The notes under the pieces were generated by a model that worked only from the letters and a program-made list of their open reading frames with translations, was not told the origin of the DNA and ran no database searches. This document shows, one piece after another, positions 1 through 11,565 of a DNA stretch of 64,000 bases. Source of the DNA: an uncultured Lentisphaeria bacterium (lineage in GTDB: Bacteria; Fidelibacterota; UBA8477; JABMPR01); the NCBI GenBank assembly GCA_964508765.1, contig CAZDVD010000007.1:13262-77261 (forward strand), written 5' to 3'. Each line of letters starts with the position of its first letter. Within the stretch, counting starts at the first letter, position 1. The position numbers and the translations under genes were made by a program.

Positions 1-542
1 AGGCGGGGTACTGAGTTCTCGATAAAGTTACGGTGAGCTTCTGGAAGCTTCCCGTGCTGTTTCTTGTCCTGGGCGTACTCTGCCAATGTTTAATGCTTCC
101 CGGCAAGGGGGTTTATGAGGGGGGGAGTCATCCTGGGAGTAAAAACTCCTGTTTAGCTATCAGTTGGTTCTTCTGAAGATTCTTCTTCAGTGGTCTCAGG
201 CATTTCGCCATCGAGCTTTTGCTTTAACTTTGCTTCTTCTTTCAGTTTCTTTTTTTCTTCTTTTTTCTTCTTTTTCGCAAGGTCTCTCTGGTGTTTTGCA
301 AAAGCGTAATTTGGCTTGGCCATTAACTCTCCTTTTAATGTCGTTTCATTTAAATCTATTCAATTCCGTTGAGCACCTTAACCTAAGGACTGGTTGACCC
401 TGGACAAAACACAAAGGATAAAATTATTCGTTCCTTTTTGTCCTTTATTGCGTTGAAATAATTTTGCATTGGGTCCTCACCCTTTATTTTGATGGCCAGT
501 ATTATGTTTTTTAACAATTCGAAGTGGAAACGCTCTAAATAA

Positions 543-2780
<2,238 letters not shown>

Positions 2781-2807
2781 GCTTTCTTTATCCCAACAAA
2801 CCTTAAG

Positions 2808-2845
2808 CCCGTCATTTTGAATATATCAAATGGCGGGTTTTCTTC
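2808..2845 (+). terminator. Rho-independent terminator downstream of icd
   Basis: Stem CCCGTCATTT / AAATGGCGGG with one G-U pair, followed by TTTTCTTCTT. Confidence 0.55.
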
Positions 2846-2975
2846 TTCCTCCTCAACACTTTACATTTTCCACAACGTATCAAGCGAATGCTACGAATTG
2901 ATATTTTAGAATTAATTCCACAGGCGAATCTCGTCTTTTTCGTCCTGTTCGTTGCTAACTTTTTTCTATTTCTCT

Positions 2976-2993
2976 TTGATAACCATTAATCAA
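2976..2993 (+). promoter_or_regulatory. Imperfect palindrome TTGATAACCATTAATCAA upstream of arsR; candidate ArsR operator
   Basis: Inverted repeat TTGAT..ATCAA about 35 nt upstream of the arsR start. ArsR/SmtB repressors bind imperfect dyads that overlap their own promoter. Confidence 0.25.
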
Positions 2994-3028
2994 TCTTACA
3001 TTTCGCCAGATAACGAAATGGAGGAAAA

Positions 3029-3388
3029 ATGAGATCCACCACAAATGTATACAAAGCTCTGTCTGACACCAATCGCTTGCGGATTCTTATGATGCTCAAA
3101 GAAAAATCTCTCTGTGTGTGTGAGATGGTAGATATTCTTGAGCTGGCAAACTCCACGGTATCAAAACACTTGTCCATCCTGCGAAATGCGAACTTGATTA
3201 TGGATGAAAAAAATGGACGCTGGGTGAATTACCGTATCGCTCTGGCTGAAGAATCCAATGATATTGACTTTGTTCTTGCTCATCTAGAGCAACAATTAAA
3301 TAACGAGGCTCTTGTTATGCGTGACCGGGAAAAACTCAGGAGTGTGGATCGATATGCCATTTGCGGCCCGACCGTCAAAACAAAATAA
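3029..3388 (+). CDS. arsR: ArsR/SmtB family transcriptional repressor, As(III)-type with a CVC site
   Basis: HTH region plus the motif SLCVCEMVDIL, matching the ELCVCDL metalloid-binding site of R773 ArsR. Confidence 0.8.
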   Translation: MRSTTNVYKALSDTNRLRILMMLKEKSLCVCEMVDILELANSTVSKHLSILRNANLIMDEKNGRWVNYRIALAEESNDIDFVLAHLEQQLNNEALVMRDREKLRSVDRYAICGPTVKTK

Positions 3389-3425
3389 ACCTGTTTTTGT
3401 ATAGATGAGTTTGGGGGGAAATTGA

Positions 3426-3830
3426 ATGAGCAGGGCAATATTAATCACGGTGGTCTTGATCTTTCTTGGATTTCTAGCTGGTTGTTCAGTAGAGACAAGG
3501 GAAATCAAATCTTCAGAGCAATCGCTTGATCCTGTTGTCACGTTCATAGAGTTGGGTTCTGTCAGATGTATACCCTGTAAGAATATGCAGCCTGTGATGG
3601 CGTCCATTGAAATGAAATATCGCGGGCAAGTCGAGGTTATTTTTTATGATGTCTTGGAGGAAGATCAAAAACAATTTGCTTCCCAATATGGTATAAAGCT
3701 TATCCCCACCCAGGTCTTTCTCGATTCAACAGGGGCCGAGTTGATGCGACACGAGGGGTATTTGCCTGAAGCTGAGATTGATTCCTTTCTAGCCCGGCTT
3801 GGGTTGAGTCCTAATGGGGCAGCGGGATAA
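3426..3830 (+). CDS. Thioredoxin-fold lipoprotein, periplasmic thiol-disulfide oxidoreductase with CIPC active site
   Basis: Signal peptide with lipobox LAGC, CxxC motif CIPC, thioredoxin-like length. Confidence 0.6.
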   Translation: MSRAILITVVLIFLGFLAGCSVETREIKSSEQSLDPVVTFIELGSVRCIPCKNMQPVMASIEMKYRGQVEVIFYDVLEEDQKQFASQYGIKLIPTQVFLDSTGAELMRHEGYLPEAEIDSFLARLGLSPNGAAG

Positions 3831-3831
3831 G

Positions 3832-4437
3832 ATGATCAATCTTTTTGACACGCTCACCCAGGCCATAGAAGGTCAATTCGAGCTAGCCATGGCAGCCTCT
3901 TTTGCTTGGGGTGTCTTGAGTATTCTGTTAAGCCCCTGCCATCTAACCAGTGTACCCTTAGTCATCGGTTATATTTCCAGACAGAATGAATCAACAGGAA
4001 AGTTTAGCGTTTTATTGGCGCTGACATTTGCCCTGGGTATTCTTGCATCTATCTCACTGATTGGAATTATCACGGCCTCAATGGGACGACTCATGGGAGA
4101 TGTTGGGATATGGGGGACGTGGTTGGCAGCCATCCTGTTTGTTGTCTTTGGTTTGTACCTTATGGATGTGATAAGTCTAGCATGGCTTGGGGGTAAAACT
4201 CCACAAATAGAGCGAGCTGGATTTATGGGTGCCTTGTTTCTGGGGCTCGTTTTTGGGATCAGCCTTGGACCCTGTACATTTGCCTTTCTTGCTCCAGTTT
4301 TAACTGTGGCAATACCCATGGCTCAAGAGTCAATTTTCAAAGCCTTGCTTTTGATCTTGTCTTTTGGATTTGGGCACAGTCTGGTATATGTCGTCGGTGG
4401 AGGGGTGGCTGGAATCATAGTTCGTTATATCACCTAG
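3832..4437 (+). CDS. ccdA: CcdA/DsbD-like membrane thiol-disulfide electron transporter (DsbD_2 family)
   Basis: Polytopic membrane protein with the two conserved TM cysteines (LSPCHL and LGPCTFAFLAP). The start is probably MINLFD at 3832 rather than the ORF-track 3814. Confidence 0.65.
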   Translation: MINLFDTLTQAIEGQFELAMAASFAWGVLSILLSPCHLTSVPLVIGYISRQNESTGKFSVLLALTFALGILASISLIGIITASMGRLMGDVGIWGTWLAAILFVVFGLYLMDVISLAWLGGKTPQIERAGFMGALFLGLVFGISLGPCTFAFLAPVLTVAIPMAQESIFKALLLILSFGFGHSLVYVVGGGVAGIIVRYIT

Positions 4438-4553
4438 TCAAAAAATAATAGAGGGCCCTTATACCTTAAAAGAGGTCTGGGCTTTCTGGTTTTCTTCGGT
4501 GGTCTGTATTTTGGATATATCGCATTCTAATAATTACAGTAGAGAGAAAAAAC

Positions 4554-4928
4554 ATGAATAAACCTTCACGCAAAGATTTGAAACGAGAATACAAGGAAAA
4601 AACTCGTATTCCAGGCATCTTTCAGATCAAGAATCACAAAAATGGAAAAGTACTCCTGGGTAGTAGTCTCAATATTGATGGCCCCTTGAATGCCCACGAG
4701 TTCATGCTTTATTCTGGATCTCATCGAAATCGTGATCTTCAGTCAGACTACAAAACATTTGGTGCTGAGGCATTTTCTTTTGATGTCCTCGCTGTTGTCG
4801 AATCAAGCAATAAATCAGGTTTTAATATTGAAGCTGAATTGCAGACATTAGAGCAGCTATGGCTCGATGAACTTAAGCCCTTTGGCGAAAACGGCTATAA
4901 TGTGAACGGAAAGATTCGGCAGGCGTAG
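4554..4928 (+). CDS. Free-standing GIY-YIG nuclease domain protein
   Basis: GIFQIKN...GKVLLGSS (GIY/YIG-like), NRDLQSDY, a conserved Glu region and a terminal GYNV. About 120 aa, as in small stand-alone GIY-YIG proteins. Confidence 0.5.
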   Translation: MNKPSRKDLKREYKEKTRIPGIFQIKNHKNGKVLLGSSLNIDGPLNAHEFMLYSGSHRNRDLQSDYKTFGAEAFSFDVLAVVESSNKSGFNIEAELQTLEQLWLDELKPFGENGYNVNGKIRQA

Positions 4929-4931
4929 AAA

Positions 4932-5963
4932 TTGAAAACTGAAAATATGCTGAAGAAATATCCACTGTCAACATTTGTTTTTTTGCTGATTATCTGGATT
5001 GTGCTGTATTCCAACCTGGTCGCCTTTGCTGATTGGGTGGTTTCGATGTTACCTGTTCATTCTGATAGTCATCTTGGTGAAGCGCTTGCTTTTTTTATAT
5101 ATGACGCCCCTAAGGTTCTATTACTCCTTTCCGGGGTTGTCTTTTTTATGGGTATTATCAATACCTGGTTTACACCTGAGCGCACAAGAGCCCTTCTGGC
5201 CGGTCGTTCGCTTGGTCTGGCTAATATTCTGGCTGCCTCTCTGGGGGTTGTTACTCCTTTTTGTTCTTGCTCAGCTGTCCCGCTGTTTATAGGATTTGTT
5301 CAGGCCGGTGTACCTCTTGGGGTAACTTTTTCCTTTCTCATTGCAGCCCCCATGGTGAACGAAATTGCCCTGACACTTCTTTTTGGTTTGTTTGGCTGGA
5401 AGATCGCCATGCTATATCTGGTCCTTGGTTTGATGGTTGCCATTTTTGGTGGTTTGGTTTTGGGTCGTCTACATCTTGAAAAATATCTTGAGCAATGGGT
5501 TCAGGACATACCCAAAAAGCAGATTTCTTTCCAGGTTGAAGCTACCTCTTTTTCTCAGCGGATAGATGCTGGATATCTTGCAGTGAAAGAAATTCTTGGG
5601 AATGTCTGGATTTACATATTATTGGGTATTAGCGTTGGTGCATTTATCCATGGTTACGTCCCAGCGAATTTTATGGCTTCCTTTATGGGTAAAGATGCCT
5701 GGTGGTCTGTACCTCTTGCTGTGATCTTTGGGATACCCATGTACAGTAGCGCTGCAGGAATTATTCCTGTCGTTCAAGCGCTTCTGGCTAAAGGTGCCGC
5801 CCTTGGAACTTCCCTAGCATTTATGATGAGTGTTGTTGCTTTATCTCTTCCGGAGATGATCATTTTACGCAATGTCCTTTCCGTAAAACTAATTGGACTT
5901 TTTATCGGTATTGTTGCTACTGGTATTCTGTTTGTAGGCTTAATATTTAATATTGTTCTATAG
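4932..5963 (+). CDS. arsP: ArsP-type permease (COG0701/DUF318 family organoarsenical efflux permease)
   Basis: Eight to ten TM permease carrying the diagnostic TPFCSCS motif (VVTPFCSCSAVPLF). Confidence 0.7.
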   Translation: MKTENMLKKYPLSTFVFLLIIWIVLYSNLVAFADWVVSMLPVHSDSHLGEALAFFIYDAPKVLLLLSGVVFFMGIINTWFTPERTRALLAGRSLGLANILAASLGVVTPFCSCSAVPLFIGFVQAGVPLGVTFSFLIAAPMVNEIALTLLFGLFGWKIAMLYLVLGLMVAIFGGLVLGRLHLEKYLEQWVQDIPKKQISFQVEATSFSQRIDAGYLAVKEILGNVWIYILLGISVGAFIHGYVPANFMASFMGKDAWWSVPLAVIFGIPMYSSAAGIIPVVQALLAKGAALGTSLAFMMSVVALSLPEMIILRNVLSVKLIGLFIGIVATGILFVGLIFNIVL

Positions 5964-5975
5964 GAAAATTATTTC

Positions 5976-6215
5976 ATGATAAACATCAAAGTTTTAGGTG
6001 GTGGTTGTAATAACTGTAAAGTGACTTACAAATTAATAGAGGATATAGCTCGTGAGCAGGGGAAGCGTGTTGAGCTTGAAAAAGTGGAAGGCTTTCAAAA
6101 GATCATGTCATATGATGTGATGTCCACTCCTTGTGTGGTTATTGATGAGGTTGTTGTCCATCGTGGCGGAGTTCCATCAAGATACCAGGTTGAAAACTGG
6201 TTTAAAGAGATGTAA
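5976..6215 (+). CDS. Small thioredoxin-like protein (redox-active disulfide protein 2 type, CxxC)
   Basis: 79 aa with GGGCNNCK CxxC. This family is common at the end of ars or metal-resistance operons. Confidence 0.55.
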   Translation: MINIKVLGGGCNNCKVTYKLIEDIAREQGKRVELEKVEGFQKIMSYDVMSTPCVVIDEVVVHRGGVPSRYQVENWFKEM

Positions 6216-6384
6216 TACTGACCAGATTTATTATGCTATTTATGCTTAGGCATGTTATTTAACTGCATATGTCTGTTTTGATCTGAAAATAGCATTTTCA
6301 TCTCTAATCATCTAGATTTTGTAATTATGATTCAGCTTTTGAATAATAGCTTAAATCGAGTGGGTCTGAATCGTTCTATTTGAA

Positions 6385-6846
6385 TTATTTGGACTTTGTA
6401 TATTCAAATAGCTGATAGTTTGACTTTTCCATACCTAGTTTTGTATACACTTTTTGAGCATTAAGATTCTTTTCGTCAACATACAATCTTACACCTGCAA
6501 AATTAGAATCTTTTTCCACGAGAGTTTTAACATAATCATACATTAGTTTATATAAACCTTGTTGTCGATATTCTTTTTGAACAAAGACACTCTGGATCCA
6601 CATGTACATCCCGTTGCGCCAGTCACTCCACTCATAGGTAATCATTAAACTAGCTCTTACGGTCTGGTCTAATTCGCAAATGATGTAGAAACCATGCTTT
6701 GGATCCTGGAAAACTGCCTTTACTCCTGAGTTTAAGATCGAACGGTCTAATATCTTTTCTTCTGTCTCCAAAGCCATTGCTTCATTGAATTCTACAATGG
6801 TTGATATATCCTCGATGGTAGCCCTACGGATTTTTGTTTCAGACAT
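6385..6846 (-). CDS. GNAT family N-acetyltransferase
   Basis: GNAT-like motifs (ATIEDISTIVEFNEA ... QQGLYKLMYDYV). The start is probably MSETK, 12 codons inside the ORF. Confidence 0.55.
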   Translation of the reverse strand: MSETKIRRATIEDISTIVEFNEAMALETEEKILDRSILNSGVKAVFQDPKHGFYIICELDQTVRASLMITYEWSDWRNGMYMWIQSVFVQKEYRQQGLYKLMYDYVKTLVEKDSNFAGVRLYVDEKNLNAQKVYTKLGMEKSNYQLFEYTKSK

Positions 6847-7519
6847 TTTTATTTTTTTTTGGCTTAAAACCGATGCGATCATAAGGATTTATCACACTTG
6901 AAATAATATTCCGAAGATGTGCATTTATTCGTTTTAGATATCGGTAATACAACACGAGAACAGCCACGCTTGGAGAATCTAGTTTCTCCTCATTTTTGAC
7001 AATGAGATGTTCAATACTTTGATCGCAGGTCCGTCCGATCTCTTTAGTCTCTGAATACATTTCAAGGGCTACGTCTTCGTCACCCGTTTCAATACATTCA
7101 GGTACTTCTTTGAACATTTTTTTTATGGCTGCTTCTATTCTATGAAGTTTATCTTTTACTTCTTTTCCTTGTAGCTCTTCAGGATGCATTTCTGTGAGAT
7201 CAACTATATTCTTTATATAGTCTCCGATACGTTCAACGTCTACTATTACAGTTGATAAAACCAAACCTGCTGCTAAGCTATCGCTTCCCTGAACCGCAAG
7301 ATGAGTTATAACTTTTCTTCGAATATCCCGCTCATATTTATTAATGAGTTTATCTTTTTTGAAAATGAGCTTTTGTACTGTTTTACGATTGTCTCCCCAC
7401 AATGCATCTGTAGCATCATTAAACATCTCGGCATCAATGTTGATCGCTTCGTATGTAAGGTCCCATGCCTCAGTTAGCAAGTTGTCACTTGTCCATAGAT
7501 TTCTTATTTCTTTCCACAT
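6839..7519 (-). CDS. PhoU-domain protein (phosphate uptake regulator-like)
   Basis: Two PhoU repeats with VERIGDYIKNI-type motifs, adjacent to a Na/Pi cotransporter gene. Confidence 0.65.
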   Translation of the reverse strand: MWKEIRNLWTSDNLLTEAWDLTYEAINIDAEMFNDATDALWGDNRKTVQKLIFKKDKLINKYERDIRRKVITHLAVQGSDSLAAGLVLSTVIVDVERIGDYIKNIVDLTEMHPEELQGKEVKDKLHRIEAAIKKMFKEVPECIETGDEDVALEMYSETKEIGRTCDQSIEHLIVKNEEKLDSPSVAVLVLYYRYLKRINAHLRNIISSVINPYDRIGFKPKKNKNV

Positions 7520-7539
7520 AACAATACCCTTAGTTTTAT

Positions 7540-8637
7540 TTAACCAAATATTATAAATATGATTGGTACAATATATATCATTGAATAACCAAGTAAAAAT
7601 GTAACTAAATTCTTTCTCGAAATTGCCACGTACTCACTGACTTTCTCAGCCATCTTTATTGGAATAAACTTCAATGGATAGAATATTAAAATACCAAAGA
7701 TGTTAAAAACAAGATGGGCGAATGCAGCAGTAACAGCTACTGGATTTCCAGTTGCCAGGGCAGCAAGTAGAGCTGTTCCTGTAGTTCCAATATTTGCCCC
7801 CATTGTGTATGGAAATATCTTTCTCAAGCTAACTATACCTGCTCCTGCAAGCGGTACGATCAAAGAAGTTGTCACTGAACTGCTTTGAACCACAAAGGTC
7901 ATACCCATACCCCATGTCATACCCATAAGGTCATTTTTAAAAAGATACTTATTGATTATAATTTCAATTTTATCGACCACCAGTGAACGTATTGTTTTAA
8001 TTAAAAGACCCAGAGCTGCAAACATCCCAATGATAGAAATAATCATTAGAACGATTTCATTGTATGGGACGTTAACTATTAGTGTGTCGATAAATTTTAT
8101 TACTGGGTTCAAAATTGCCTTCAGGGGATTGAACATCTTCATACCCCCTACACCTTCGAATCTATCATTTAATAAAATGGCAACTTTTTGAATGATATGG
8201 AATTTTAATTCTATTGGAAATAGAACTATGACTGCGCATATGTTAAAGAAGTCATGGACGACTCCTGCAGCAAAGGCCCGTTTAAACTCCGCCTTCCTAC
8301 CTACATGACCTAGAGACACTAAAGTATTTGTAACTGTAGTACCTATATTCGCACCCATGATAATTGGAATTGCATTCTCCAAATTCACAACACTACCAGC
8401 TACAAGACCTACAACTATGGAAGTTGTTGTAGATGAACTTTGAATAAGGGATGTTGCTACTATACCAATTATTAAACCAGTAAATGGATTTGAGGTAGTT
8501 TGAAGCATCGCCTCAGCAAATTCTTTACCGAATAGCTTAAAACTATGTCCCAGTAGCTTTATTGTAAGAAGGAACAGATATATAGTTATAATAACTGTTA
8601 ATACTTTAATAATCTTTTGGCGTGTTTCCGGGTTCAC
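7540..8637 (-). CDS. Na+/phosphate cotransporter (NptA / Na_Pi_cotrans family)
   Basis: Duplicated QSSSTTTS...GANIGTT motifs typical of Na/Pi cotransporter II-related proteins. Confidence 0.75.
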   Translation of the reverse strand: MNPETRQKIIKVLTVIITIYLFLLTIKLLGHSFKLFGKEFAEAMLQTTSNPFTGLIIGIVATSLIQSSSTTTSIVVGLVAGSVVNLENAIPIIMGANIGTTVTNTLVSLGHVGRKAEFKRAFAAGVVHDFFNICAVIVLFPIELKFHIIQKVAILLNDRFEGVGGMKMFNPLKAILNPVIKFIDTLIVNVPYNEIVLMIISIIGMFAALGLLIKTIRSLVVDKIEIIINKYLFKNDLMGMTWGMGMTFVVQSSSVTTSLIVPLAGAGIVSLRKIFPYTMGANIGTTGTALLAALATGNPVAVTAAFAHLVFNIFGILIFYPLKFIPIKMAEKVSEYVAISRKNLVTFLLGYSMIYIVPIIFIIFG

Positions 8638-9039
8638 AATATCCCTCTAGAGGTATGAATCAGTAATGGATCATGTCAAAGACGATAATGACAAATTTTA
8701 TTGTCAATAAGGTCAAGATAATTTCACTCAACATCAAACCAATTAATTTTTCAATGTAACCACTTGAATTTCTAGTTTATTCCTGTTTTTTGATTTACAG
8801 GATTTCAAGTCATCTATATTGCGTGTTATGGCACAAAAAGCTTCAATATTTTATCTTTGAAATTCAATGATATGTCTTCCCCATGATACGGAGAAGACTT
8901 TATACGCCAAAACTATGTGCATATATTGGCACTATTATAGAAAAATACCTGAATTCATATATGACTAATTGGTCGCTTATATACTATAGTAATATTAATT
9001 TAATATAAATAGTAGTAGTAGTATAGTGTGCTAATATTG

Positions 9040-9068
9040 TTGACAACTATTGAGAAAAATATATATAA
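9040..9068 (+). promoter_or_regulatory. Near-consensus sigma70-like promoter (TTGACA-17-ATATAA) inside a long AT-rich non-coding gap
   Basis: TTGACA at 9040-9045, a 17-nt spacer, then ATATAA. No plus-strand CDS follows, so it could drive an sRNA or antisense transcript. Confidence 0.2.
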
Positions 9069-9460
9069 GGCCCATAAAAACAATATGATATACCATATAA
9101 ACCAGAGCTGTATTTTTGTTGATAATCAGATATCCAAAGTTAAGAAGTGTTTAACTGATGGTAGATAAAGTATCCTTATAAACAATTCTAAGATGGCGCG
9201 TATAAAAAGGGCTTATGTGGATAACTGAAATGTTGATATATGGAATAACCCCATTTCTTTTTCATAAGTTATTAAAAAACAGGTTCCAATCATTATCGTA
9301 TTCGAAGATGGAATGTTTATAACTAATACCAGGACTTTAAAAAAATGGGTTTTTGCCCACAAGAATGTAGATGACACATTCAGGAATGCAGAAAAAAGTA
9401 GAGATGAATCTCTCCAATAAAAGGGAGAGATAAGAATTATTTTATTTTGTGATGAGTGAG

Positions 9461-10732
9461 CTATTTGATCTGAATATACATACGATCGCGCTGATCGTCG
9501 ATCCAAGACTGATATCTGTCCCTCTTCTTGTATTCAAGGGACATATTTTCAACATCGGACCAGTTGTCATTTAAATTAACTTTCCCACCAGCAAGACGGC
9601 GATGTACCATAATCAGATGATATTGGTCACCACTAAAAACTGGCATTGAGAGACTTTCAAGAGGGATATTAAGAAGAAGTTCGTGGATATCTTCTGGCAA
9701 CAAGGATATATCAGTCATGCCCATTTGACCCTTGCGAGATTTTACATATTCATCCGTTGCATAAATTTCAACCTGTTCGGCAAGGGATGTTTTCTCAGAT
9801 AAAATATCATCTCTGATATTGCCAAGTTTCGCTGAAGTATTCTGTCTATCCTGTTCATCAGCAACAGGCATGAGAAGAATGTGTGAGATATTTACCTGTT
9901 CACCCTGTTTGTCATCCAGACGCAACAAATGCAAACCAAATTGAGTTTCAACTATATCACTCATCTCACCGACTTTCAAGGCGAAAGCCGCTTCCTCAAA
10001 GGGTTTAACAAAAACGCCTCTACCTACCAGACCGAGATTACCTCCATTTGCTGCAGAACCAGGATCCTTAGAATATTGTGTTGCAGCATCTTCAAAAGTG
10101 ATTTTGCCAGATTCCACATCTCTTTTGATGCGCAGGAGTTGGCTATGTAGTTGATCCATTTTATTGGCTCCCAACTCAACGGACATTGAGAGTATAGAAA
10201 AATCAACCTGGGGATTTTTTGCAGGAAAACTATCCTGCCATGTCTGATAAAAATCTTCAACCTCTCGCCGGCTCACCTTGATGTTGCTGAAAAGTTCCAT
10301 TTTGACTTGTTCAACCAGGAGATTGGTACGTATCTGATCTTCGTAGTAGGATTTAATTTTGTAATGATCCACACCAAAAGCCTCAGCTGCTTTTCTGAGA
10401 CTTCCATACTGTAGTTCAATATTCTCTAGAGATTGCTCAAGCTGCATCTGGACGCTTCTATCTTCCACCTCAATGGTTTCCTGTCGGGCATATTCGAGAA
10501 GAACCTGCTGGTTGAGTAATTCGTCTAGAGCTCGTACGCGAAGCTGCTGTAGAACCTCTGGTGAAGAGTAGGAGGGAAGCTGGGCCTGCATGGCAAAAAG
10601 CTGGGTGACCTGGTCAACCTCAGAATAGAGAATAGCCTTTTCTCCAACAATTGCAGCGACACCATCAATCAGTTGCTGGGCGCTGGCACTTAAAGCGATA
10701 AAGGTGGAAAAAAGGAGTATATAAAAACGCAT
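9461..10732 (-). CDS. surA: SurA-like periplasmic chaperone / parvulin PPIase
   Basis: Signal peptide, SurA N-domain (DGVAAIVGEKAILYSEV) and a parvulin domain (ISHILL...GLHLLRL). Confidence 0.7.
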   Translation of the reverse strand: MRFYILLFSTFIALSASAQQLIDGVAAIVGEKAILYSEVDQVTQLFAMQAQLPSYSSPEVLQQLRVRALDELLNQQVLLEYARQETIEVEDRSVQMQLEQSLENIELQYGSLRKAAEAFGVDHYKIKSYYEDQIRTNLLVEQVKMELFSNIKVSRREVEDFYQTWQDSFPAKNPQVDFSILSMSVELGANKMDQLHSQLLRIKRDVESGKITFEDAATQYSKDPGSAANGGNLGLVGRGVFVKPFEEAAFALKVGEMSDIVETQFGLHLLRLDDKQGEQVNISHILLMPVADEQDRQNTSAKLGNIRDDILSEKTSLAEQVEIYATDEYVKSRKGQMGMTDISLLPEDIHELLLNIPLESLSMPVFSGDQYHLIMVHRRLAGGKVNLNDNWSDVENMSLEYKKRDRYQSWIDDQRDRMYIQIK

Positions 10733-10742
10733 TGGTTATAAC

Positions 10743-11555
10743 CTATCCTGGGGAACTATTATAGAGAACACTCTTGTTGAAAAGAATACTCCCAGACTGC
10801 CGAAGGCTGTCTACAAGCTGTGTTTCAATGTGGCGTTGGCGGTTGATTGAGAGTCGGGCAGCAATTTCTTCCCAGACTTCATCTAGACTCTTCAAGGACC
10901 CACGATCGTGCCAGGTTTTGACTTCCACAAGGTGATAGCCAAGGTCGGTTTTGATGGGACCAAAAATACCAGGACGCTTCTTTTTAAGCAGGTATTCTTT
11001 TACTTCAGGAAAGAGGTTTTCAACCTTGAACAAGCCCGTTTCCTTGGGGTGCATGGCAATCAGGGATTGCTTTTTCTCAAGATCTCCACTTTCAATGGCT
11101 TTTTCAAGCTCACGGGCATCATCTCTGGAAGGCAAGAGGACATGAAAACCAAAAAACTCATTGCTTTGGCGTTTGAAAGACTCAAGATTTGTTTGGTAAT
11201 AGGCTTCGATTTCGTTGCGGGCTACACCTCCCCGATCTTTCAGGGTGACATCAAGTTGTTTGTCTGCCAGCAATCTGCGACGATAGGTTTCCACCCTGTA
11301 GTTAAACATGGGGTCCCGGTGAATCAGGTTTTTCTCTGCCTCCTGAGCTAAAAGCGTTTCCCGAATCCAATTTTCTACCAATAGAGACTTCTGAAGACTG
11401 TCCAGGGACATAAACCCCGGAAACATCAAGACCAGCTCGTCCAATGAAAGACGTTCATGGTTGACCTTGGCAATGAGGTTATCATCCTGGTCATCAGAAC
11501 AGGCAACTATGACTGCGAATAAGGAGATGACCAGAATGATTGAAATTTTACGCAT
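10743..11555 (-). CDS. Parvulin-type PPIase lipoprotein, SurA/PpiC-like paralog
   Basis: Lipobox VACS and a parvulin signature (FGFHVLL...GYHLVEVK). Confidence 0.6.
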   Translation of the reverse strand: MRKISIILVISLFAVIVACSDDQDDNLIAKVNHERLSLDELVLMFPGFMSLDSLQKSLLVENWIRETLLAQEAEKNLIHRDPMFNYRVETYRRRLLADKQLDVTLKDRGGVARNEIEAYYQTNLESFKRQSNEFFGFHVLLPSRDDARELEKAIESGDLEKKQSLIAMHPKETGLFKVENLFPEVKEYLLKKKRPGIFGPIKTDLGYHLVEVKTWHDRGSLKSLDEVWEEIAARLSINRQRHIETQLVDSLRQSGSILFNKSVLYNSSPG

Positions 11556-11565
11556 TTATAAAGAA

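Noticed and set aside
9213-9506. 97-aa minus-strand ORF in the AT-rich gap upstream of surA
   Set aside because: It overlaps the surA start region and its translation is AT-rich and low-complexity, without motifs.
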